The position numbers and the translations under genes were made by a program. The notes under the pieces are model-generated. The model was not told the origin of the DNA and ran no database searches. It worked only from the letters and a program-made list of their open reading frames with translations. This document shows positions 57,206 through 64,000 of a DNA stretch of 64,000 nucleotides, one piece after another. Source of the stretch: an uncultured bacterium (GTDB lineage Bacteria; CSSED10-310; CAZUFC01); the NCBI GenBank assembly GCA_964619725.1, contig CAZUFC010000004.1:64001-128000 (forward strand), given 5' to 3'. Every line of letters begins with the position of its first letter. The stretch's first letter is position 1.

Positions 57206-58900
57206 CTAAAGGTTTGTAAAATTGGGCCCGCTGCCTCCTTCGGGAGGTTCCCAAATTATGTTATTGTATGGATCAACAATAACGCAAGTCTTGCAATGGA
57301 GACAATTGGAAGGATTAAGTTTCAGTTTGAATCCATCCTCGGAATCACATTCATTTTCGTAGACCTGCGCCGGACAAAATCTTAAACAGGGATTCCCATA
57401 TTCCCTGAAGCATTTTGTCGAACATATTTCTTCATTAATCACGCTGATATGAGAAGGCTGATCTTCCTCATGCGTAATACTTGCGTTGTATACGTCAGTG
57501 AGTTTGTCGCAAGTCAGCTCGCCGTCCGGTTTAAAATCGTTCTTATCGTTTTCACGACTTTCTTTTCTCTCCGCCGACTTAACCATTCTGGAATTATCAG
57601 GCGAAATCGGCAGTCTGTTTTTCAAACCTCTTCCGCCGAGAAGCCAATGTAATCCGGCTTTGGCGACGCCATAATAGACGCCTTTCTCGAAACATTGCCG
57701 GAAATTTCTTGAGCCGTATAGTTCTTTTTCGATCCAACTTTCCTGCATTTTTTTATTGAAATTTTCCTGCAGCCCGATGGAATAATCATCATTCAACATT
57801 GCATCAAAAACGGCCTCGGCAGCTATCATTCCGGATTTAATCCCTATGTGAACGCCCTTGAGGCGTCTCGGGTTCAGTAATCCTGCTGCGTCGCCGATAA
57901 CCAGAACACCCTCTACAGGCGATTTTGTAACTGAATAGTACCCGCCTTCGGGAATGGTTTTGGCGCCGTAGTAAAGGTTTTCTCCGTTTTCGAGTAATGA
58001 GCCGATCAAAGGATGAGTTTTGAACAGTTGAAAACGCTGATGAGGGTCCAGATAAGGATTTTTGTAGTCTAAACCGACAGCCAGCCCGATGCTTGCCAGA
58101 TTATTGTCCATAAAATATATGAATCCGCCGCCATAGGGATTGTTGCCCAGCGGCCACCCAAAAGTATGAATTACTCTCCCCGGACTAACCTTCTCATCAG
58201 ACAGCTTCCAAACTTCTTTAATGCCTACAGCATAAACCTGGGGATTTTTCTCGTCTTCCAGATCAAACTTCTCTTTTAATTTGTCCGTAAGCGAACCTTT
58301 GCTTCCTTCACCTAAAATCGTTATTTTTGAGTGAATATCAGTTCCAGGCTCGAAATTGCTTTTCCGTTTGCCATTCTTGTCGATTCCTTTTGCACCGGTT
58401 CTTACTCCAATTATTCGTTCAGATGAATAGAGAAGCTCATTCCCGGAAAATTCCGTTAAAATTTCAACGCCTTCCTCTTCAGCGATTGAGCCCATCCATT
58501 TCATGAATTTGTTTAAAGACAGGATGTAATGGCCTTTATTTTGGAGAAAAGGCGGAGCGTAGGGCAACCTGAATTTGTTTTTTTCCGTGAGAAAGTATAC
58601 GAGGTCTTCTTTTACGACCGTTTCCCGGGGGAATCCCCGTTCTTGATATTCCGGGACCAATTCCTGCAACGAACAAGGATCAAGCACGGCTCCTGACAAA
58701 CTGTGGGCCCCGATATACTTGCCTTTCTCAATAACCATTATCAAGGGCTCTTCTATCTGTTGTCCCTTTATTTTTCCTTCGTCGACTGATTTGTTGTGTT
58801 TTTTAATGAGTTGAGTTAAATGAAGGGCGCCGGCGATGTTGGCAGGGCCGCCCCCGACAAACAGCACGTCAACGTCAAAAATTTCGTTTTCGACGGACAT
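57206..58900 (-). CDS. Electron transfer flavoprotein:quinone oxidoreductase
   Basis: VGGGPA, GAHSLSGA, GIKEVW, GAKTIPEGG, IGDAAG, C-terminal FCPA..NCLHCKTC..DP, PEGGSGP. Confidence 0.93.
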   Translation of the reverse strand: MSVENEIFDVDVLFVGGGPANIAGALHLTQLIKKHNKSVDEGKIKGQQIEEPLIMVIEKGKYIGAHSLSGAVLDPCSLQELVPEYQERGFPRETVVKEDLVYFLTEKNKFRLPYAPPFLQNKGHYILSLNKFMKWMGSIAEEEGVEILTEFSGNELLYSSERIIGVRTGAKGIDKNGKRKSNFEPGTDIHSKITILGEGSKGSLTDKLKEKFDLEDEKNPQVYAVGIKEVWKLSDEKVSPGRVIHTFGWPLGNNPYGGGFIYFMDNNLASIGLAVGLDYKNPYLDPHQRFQLFKTHPLIGSLLENGENLYYGAKTIPEGGYYSVTKSPVEGVLVIGDAAGLLNPRRLKGVHIGIKSGMIAAEAVFDAMLNDDYSIGLQENFNKKMQESWIEKELYGSRNFRQCFEKGVYYGVAKAGLHWLLGGRGLKNRLPISPDNSRMVKSAERKESRENDKNDFKPDGELTCDKLTDVYNASITHEEDQPSHISVINEEICSTKCFREYGNPCLRFCPAQVYENECDSEDGFKLKLNPSNCLHCKTCVIVDPYNNIIWEPPEGGSGPNFTNL

Positions 58901-58999
58901 CAAAATTCTCCTTTAAACAGTTTTTGAAAATCGGCATCATTTTCCAAATATAATTTCCTTTTTTGTTCGGATAATCAGCAAAAGCTGGATTATCGCGTC

Positions 59000-59029
59000 A
59001 TTATGAAAGCGTGAATCCTTATTTGTCAA
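59000..59029 (-). promoter_or_regulatory. Sigma70-type promoter for the ETF-QO operon
   Basis: Minus strand TTGACA-18 nt-CATAAT. Confidence 0.45.
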
Positions 59030-59133
59030 GCAAATTAACCGCAAATCTCTGGACATTCTTCCCAAATCGTTATATAGATCAATAATGGAGAAATTCGTAA
59101 CGACCATAACCAGTATATTTTCTTTTTCCCAAA

Positions 59134-59568
59134 ATGAGTAAAAAAATCGCAGAATTTTTCATAGACAATTTCGATGAACTGGTTCACAAGACGCATGAGC
59201 GTTTCGCTGAACGGGAATTAAAGTCCTATCTGCAACTCGAAGACAAGGAACTCAAATCACGAATCAGGAAATTCTGCATAGCCGTTTTTCAATCACTGCA
59301 GCACGATAATATCCTTCCTGTCATCAAATATGCGCAGGAGTTCAGCAGCGACCGGATCAGACAGGGTTACAGATTAGAAGACATTCAGATGGCTATGAAT
59401 TGTACCGAAGAGAGCATGATGTCGTTAATCGCTGCGAAAGTTGAGGGAGAGGCGAGTTTAAAATATATAGAAAATGTGGGGATGATAATGAGAATTGCTC
59501 ATAATGCCGTTTCCAAAGTTTTTCGTGAAAATACTCGTGTTAGAAAAGGCGGAGAATCTGATTTTTAA
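59134..59568 (+). CDS. Stand-alone all-helical protein, RsbRD N-terminal (non-haem globin-like) domain
   Basis: YAQEFSSDRIRQGYRLEDIQMAMN pattern, 144 aa. Confidence 0.55.
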   Translation: MSKKIAEFFIDNFDELVHKTHERFAERELKSYLQLEDKELKSRIRKFCIAVFQSLQHDNILPVIKYAQEFSSDRIRQGYRLEDIQMAMNCTEESMMSLIAAKVEGEASLKYIENVGMIMRIAHNAVSKVFRENTRVRKGGESDF

Positions 59569-59653
59569 GTTGAGTGATCTGTTAATAGAGAAAGAAATGT
59601 AAGGCGACGACGAGATTATTTTTTATAATTAAACTTTTAGTAAAAGGGAAGTT

Positions 59654-59797
59654 ATGATCGAGTTAATCAGAAAAAGTTTGTTGTTCAGCATAGGTGCAGC
59701 GGTAATGATGAAGGATAAAGGCGAAGAGGTGATAAAAAAGCTGATTGAGAAAGGCGAGGAGTATACTTCGAGAGATATTCATAAAAAAACGCCGTGA
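59654..59797 (+). CDS. Small 47-aa phasin-like (PhaF/PhaI-type) peptide, possibly truncated
   Basis: MIELIRKSLLFSIGAAVMMKDKGEEVIKKLIEKGEEYTSRDIHKKTP*; RBS AAGGGA; shorter than anything in the ORF track. Confidence 0.6.
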   Translation: MIELIRKSLLFSIGAAVMMKDKGEEVIKKLIEKGEEYTSRDIHKKTP

Positions 59798-59826
59798 TTT
59801 TGAGAAAACACGGCGTTTTAATTTTC
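59783..59826. terminator. Bidirectional intrinsic terminator
   Basis: AAAACGCCGTG (59786-59796) / CACGGCGTTTT (59809-59819), between convergent genes. Confidence 0.8.
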
Positions 59827-59844
59827 CTGTCTGCTCGAATCAGT

Positions 59845-62800
59845 TTACTCTTTTTTCAAGAAGTCATATTCGATGTTTTTGAAGTCAAAATCGAGTTTTT
59901 CCAGTTGTTGGTAAATGTGATATCTGGCGAGAACGTCTTTCTGGGCTAATTCGAGAAGCGCTGAAGCGCGATCCGGCATGGAAGCTTTGAGGGTTCGGTA
60001 TCTGATTTCTTTATAGATGTAGTCTGCCATGGAGATGGAAGGGGTTTTGCTGTCGATCTGCAGAGGATTTTTGCCTTCATCGCTGCGTCGCGGGTCGAAA
60101 CGATAGAGAATCCAATGACCTGAATCAACCGCTCTTTTTTGTTGTTCCAGACTTTTTGTCATATTGATGCCATGTGCTATGCAATGAGCGTATGCAATCA
60201 AGATCGACGGTCCGTCATAACTTTCCGCTTCAGCAAAAGCTTTAACCGTCTGATTCATATCGGCGCCATAGGCGATTTTTGCGACATAGATATTTCCGTA
60301 AGTCATAGCCAACATGCCCAAATCTTTTTTAGGCAATGGTTTGCCGGCCACAGCAAATTTCGCCGTCGAACCTCTGGGAGTCGCTTTTGACATCTGTCCG
60401 CCCGTATTTGAGTAAACTTCCGTATCCAGAACCAGGAGATTGACGTTTTTTCCGGACGCCAGGACATGATCGAGACCGCCGTAACCTATATCGTATGCCC
60501 AGCCGTCTCCGCCGATGCCCCAAGTCGATTTTTTCACGAGGTAATCCGCCAGAGAGTAAAGATGTTCGTCTTTCGATTTGATCAGTCCCTTAAGCTCTTC
60601 GACTCTTTTTCTCTGATCGTTTATATCTTCGTCAGTTTTTTGCTCGGAATCCAGGATAGCTTGTTTGAGTTCGGCCGGAACATCAGCTTCTTTGAGCAAT
60701 CTTTGAGCGGTTTCGGTGAATTTATCGACGGTTAAACGGAATCCCAACGTTATTTCAGCGCAATCCTCAAAGAGACTGTTCGTCCAGGCCGGTCCACGTC
60801 CGTCAGCTCCTTTGGTATACGGGGTTGTAGGTAAATTTCCGCCGTAAATGCTCGAACAGCCGGTTGCATTGCTTAAAATGGCCCGGTCGCCGTACAATTG
60901 AGTCAATAATTTTATATAACACGTTTCTCCGCATCCTGCACAGGCGCCTGAGTATTCGAACAAGGGGCGAATCAACTGGCTGCCTTTTACTGTCGTTTTT
61001 TTAATCAGTTCCGGACTCGTTTCCGGTAAACTCAGGAAGAAATCGTAATTATCTCTTTCGTCGTCGCGCAGTTTAAGTTGATCCTTCATTTCCAGAGCCT
61101 TATTTTTCGGAGGACACACTTCAACGCATACTCCGCAACCCACGCAATCTTCCGGCGCCACCTGAACCGTGTATTTCATCCCTTTGAACTGTTTGCCTTT
61201 TCCGTCAACGCTTTTGAAAGTCGGAGGAGCGCCATTCAGATTTTCTTCATCATAGTATTTCATTCTTATGGTCCCATGAGGGCAAACCATCGAACAAAAA
61301 CCGCACTGAATGCAATTTTCCGGTTTCCATACTGGGATTTCTACTGCTACGTTTCTCTTTTCATATTGAGTGGTTCCCGTAATAAACTGTCCGTTTGCGG
61401 GCATTTGCGATACTTTTACTTCATCTCCTTCTCGTCGGATGATTTTCGCTGTAACCTCCTTGACAAAGTCAGGAGTATGTTCCGGGACCGTCGGAGGCAT
61501 TTCAATTTCGCTGTTTGCTTCATTCGGATAATCAACCTCGTAGATGTTTTTCAAAGCAGCATCAACTGATTTCAAATTCATGTCGACTATGTTCTGCCCT
61601 TTGCTGCCATAGGTCTTCTTGATGAATTTGCGGATCAATTCTATCGCCTCATCTTCCGGAATAATGCTCATTATTTTGAAGAATGCTGTCTGCATGATTA
61701 TGTTGATGCGGCTTCCCAGTCCCAGTTCCTCTGCTAAATCATAAGCATTAATGACATAGAACTTCGCCTTTTTGTCAATGATCTGCTGTTGAACTTTTTT
61801 CGGAAGATGATCCCAAATTTCATCCCGTCCGAACGGACTGTTCAAAAGGAAATAACCTTCCTCCTTCAGATATTGGAGCATGTCGAATTTTTCGAGAAAA
61901 GAAAAATTATGACATCCCAAAAACTGTGCTTCATCGCACAAATAAGGACTGCGTATCGGTTTTTTTCCGAATCTCAAGTGACTTACAGTAACGGCGCCTG
62001 ATTTTTTGGAATCATATTGGAAATACCCTTGCACGTTGTAATCCGTAGCTTCGCCGATGATTTTAATTGAGTTTTTATTTGCTCCCACCGTACCGTCCGA
62101 TCCCAATCCGTAGAACATAGCCTGGAAAGCGTCTAAACTTCTGTTCCTGTAGGATTTGTCCCATTCCAGACTCGTGCCGGTAACGTCATCATAAATTCCC
62201 ATGGTGAAGTGATTTTTGGGTTCATCTTTTTCCAGATTGTCATAAACGGCCATAACCATGCCGGGAGTGAATTCTTTGGAGCTCAACCCATACCTTCCGC
62301 CGATCACGGTGGGGTTCCGTTCAAATTTCGCCCATCCCGCATCCGCTGCTTCGGTGACGGCGGTTGAAACATCAAGATAAAGAGGTTCGCCGGTTGAACC
62401 CGACTCTTTCGTCCGATCAAGCACAGCAATCTTTTTTACGGTAGTCGGCAATGCATCTATAAAACGCTCGACGGAGAAGGGACGATACAGGCGGACCTTA
62501 ATCATTCCTATCTTCCGATCATTATGCACCTGGTCTTCGACAGTTTCATGCACGGTTTCCGCTCCAGAGCCCATTACGACAACGATGTTTTCAGCCTCCG
62601 GATGGCCCACATAATCAAAAAGCCTGTATTCGCGTCCCGTCAGCTTCTTGAATTTATCCATATATTTTTGAACTATTTCAGGCGCTTTATCATAGAAAGG
62701 ATTCACGGTTTCCCGCCCCTGGAAATAAACGTCCGGATTCTGACTGGTTCCGCTGATCATCGGATGATCCGGCGACAGACCGTTATTTCTGTGCCTGATG

Positions 62801-63402
62801 ACAAATTCATCCTCAATCATTTCTTTCATGATTTCCTTGGTTACATTATCAACCTTACTGACCTCATGAGACGTCCTGAAACCATCGAAAAAATGAAGGA
62901 ATGGAAGCCGGGCTTCCAGCGAAGAAGCTGTGGCGATAAGCCCCAGGTCAAGGACTTCCTGTACGCTTCCTGAAGGGATCATGCAGAAACCTGCAGCCCT
63001 GGTCGTCATTACATCGGAATGATCGCCGAAAATCGATAGAGCTTGGCAAGCAATGGATCGCGCTGCGATGTGAAATACAGTCGGAAGCAACTCTGCAGCG
63101 ATTTTAAACATATTAGGAATCATCAGCAGCAACCCTTGCGATGCCGTGTAAGTAGTCGTTAAAGAACCGGTAGCCAAGGCTCCGTGAACTGCAGCAGATG
63201 CGCCGCCTTCTGATTGGAGTTCAGAGACTTCAGGTATAGTTCCCCAGATATTGGTTTCGCCTGCAGCAGATTTCGCATCTGAAATTTCCCCCATCGCTGA
63301 ACTAGGCGTGATCGGATATATTGCAATGACCTCATTGCACGCATGTCCGATGGTAGCTGCAGCAGTGTTGCCGTCAATAATGATTTTACTTTGATTCGTC
63401 AT
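59845..63402 (-). CDS. nifJ: Pyruvate:ferredoxin (flavodoxin) oxidoreductase, homodimeric type
   Basis: YPITPSS, QSEGG, DGFRTSHE, GSDGTVGANK, two CxxCxxCxxxCP motifs, ACAGCGET, GGDGWAYDIG, YSNTGGQ. Confidence 0.97.
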   Translation of the reverse strand: MTNQSKIIIDGNTAAATIGHACNEVIAIYPITPSSAMGEISDAKSAAGETNIWGTIPEVSELQSEGGASAAVHGALATGSLTTTYTASQGLLLMIPNMFKIAAELLPTVFHIAARSIACQALSIFGDHSDVMTTRAAGFCMIPSGSVQEVLDLGLIATASSLEARLPFLHFFDGFRTSHEVSKVDNVTKEIMKEMIEDEFVIRHRNNGLSPDHPMISGTSQNPDVYFQGRETVNPFYDKAPEIVQKYMDKFKKLTGREYRLFDYVGHPEAENIVVVMGSGAETVHETVEDQVHNDRKIGMIKVRLYRPFSVERFIDALPTTVKKIAVLDRTKESGSTGEPLYLDVSTAVTEAADAGWAKFERNPTVIGGRYGLSSKEFTPGMVMAVYDNLEKDEPKNHFTMGIYDDVTGTSLEWDKSYRNRSLDAFQAMFYGLGSDGTVGANKNSIKIIGEATDYNVQGYFQYDSKKSGAVTVSHLRFGKKPIRSPYLCDEAQFLGCHNFSFLEKFDMLQYLKEEGYFLLNSPFGRDEIWDHLPKKVQQQIIDKKAKFYVINAYDLAEELGLGSRINIIMQTAFFKIMSIIPEDEAIELIRKFIKKTYGSKGQNIVDMNLKSVDAALKNIYEVDYPNEANSEIEMPPTVPEHTPDFVKEVTAKIIRREGDEVKVSQMPANGQFITGTTQYEKRNVAVEIPVWKPENCIQCGFCSMVCPHGTIRMKYYDEENLNGAPPTFKSVDGKGKQFKGMKYTVQVAPEDCVGCGVCVEVCPPKNKALEMKDQLKLRDDERDNYDFFLSLPETSPELIKKTTVKGSQLIRPLFEYSGACAGCGETCYIKLLTQLYGDRAILSNATGCSSIYGGNLPTTPYTKGADGRGPAWTNSLFEDCAEITLGFRLTVDKFTETAQRLLKEADVPAELKQAILDSEQKTDEDINDQRKRVEELKGLIKSKDEHLYSLADYLVKKSTWGIGGDGWAYDIGYGGLDHVLASGKNVNLLVLDTEVYSNTGGQMSKATPRGSTAKFAVAGKPLPKKDLGMLAMTYGNIYVAKIAYGADMNQTVKAFAEAESYDGPSILIAYAHCIAHGINMTKSLEQQKRAVDSGHWILYRFDPRRSDEGKNPLQIDSKTPSISMADYIYKEIRYRTLKASMPDRASALLELAQKDVLARYHIYQQLEKLDFDFKNIEYDFLKKE

Positions 63403-63503
63403 ATAACCACTCCTTTAACTCTTTTCGAGCATCCCAAAACAAGAAAATCTTGTCGCATTCGAAATCAGTCGCCGGCCTCGCGTCCGGCGAAACAAACGAG
63501 TAA

Positions 63504-63532
63504 AAGTTAGAACTACAATTTCTTTATGTCAA
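63504..63532 (-). promoter_or_regulatory. Sigma70-type promoter for PFOR
   Basis: Minus strand TTGACA-17 nt-TAACTT. Confidence 0.55.
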
Positions 63533-63672
63533 GTATAATAATTCTTCAAGTATCGGGGCATTATTTTTTTAGGGCGGTTTTTGTCCATAACGGCGATTTT
63601 TCCGAATGCCAGGTCAGGCTTCGGATTTTCTCAGTCAGCGTATAACCAGACGGCATTCGAATACGTTCTGTG

Positions 63673-63999
63673 CTATTTCTTCAGGGAAGGGCTTTCCGAA
63701 GCAGCCATCAGCAAACCCAGGATAACAAAATTGGTTATCAGGGAACTTCCTCCTCTACTTATAAACGGCAACGTAACGCCGGTGACCGGCAATAGTTTTA
63801 TCACGCCCCCGATATTGATGAAAACCTGGACAATAAGGATCGACGTCAATCCGATTATAGTCAACCGCGTAAACTGAACTCTGGCATCAGAAGCGATTTT
63901 AAAACATCGAATGCAGAACATAAGATAAACAGCAATAACGGCCAAACACCCTAAATAACCCAACTCCTCTCCGATAGCGGCGTATATGAAATCCGTGCT
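63673..63999 (-). CDS. C-terminal part of an FtsW/RodA/SpoVE (SEDS) protein, truncated by the window edge
   Basis: TDFIYAAIGEELG, Q.FINIGG...LLPVTGVTLPFISRGGSS. Confidence 0.93.
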   Translation of the reverse strand, partial: STDFIYAAIGEELGYLGCLAVIAVYLMFCIRCFKIASDARVQFTRLTIIGLTSILIVQVFINIGGVIKLLPVTGVTLPFISRGGSSLITNFVILGLLMAASESPSLKK

Positions 64000-64000
64000 G

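Overview
A gene-dense, moderately AT-rich chromosomal segment of a probably diderm, anaerobic or facultative bacterium (GT9 heptosyltransferase-like gene, pyruvate:ferredoxin oxidoreductase, ETF:quinone oxidoreductase). The taxon cannot be fixed from sequence alone. I found no rRNA, tRNA, CRISPR array, transposase or phage genes. Contents in order: a cluster of soluble histidine kinases and receivers (0.7-8.4 kb); mazG, an M24 peptidase, an NtrB/NtrC-like pair, rarA, tex and an M16 peptidase; a surface-glycan operon running into tsaE-tsaD; GH172 and GT-C genes, tsaB and a GspG-domain fusion; an unusual minus-strand run of three BMC vertex (EutN/CcmL) genes followed by tdh, acetate-CoA ligase, a carrier protein and kbl; a 0.9 kb non-coding region with DnaA boxes, an IHF site and several long stems; tsaC; aspS-phoH-7TM HD-ybeY-CBS-era; mraZ with a degenerate ftsA paralog; an ETF-QO / pduS-like / pduT-like / ModA-like operon; PFOR; and a partial ftsW/rodA. 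Best leads: (1) a carrier-protein-linked threonine/glycine-acetate module next to microcompartment vertex genes; (2) a PduS/PduT shell electron conduit apparently co-transcribed with ETF-QO; (3) a saw-tooth GC skew that resets every few kb regardless of gene strand; (4) a candidate oriC with an adjacent structured RNA, with no dnaA in the window. All product calls come from motif recognition by eye; no database searches were run.
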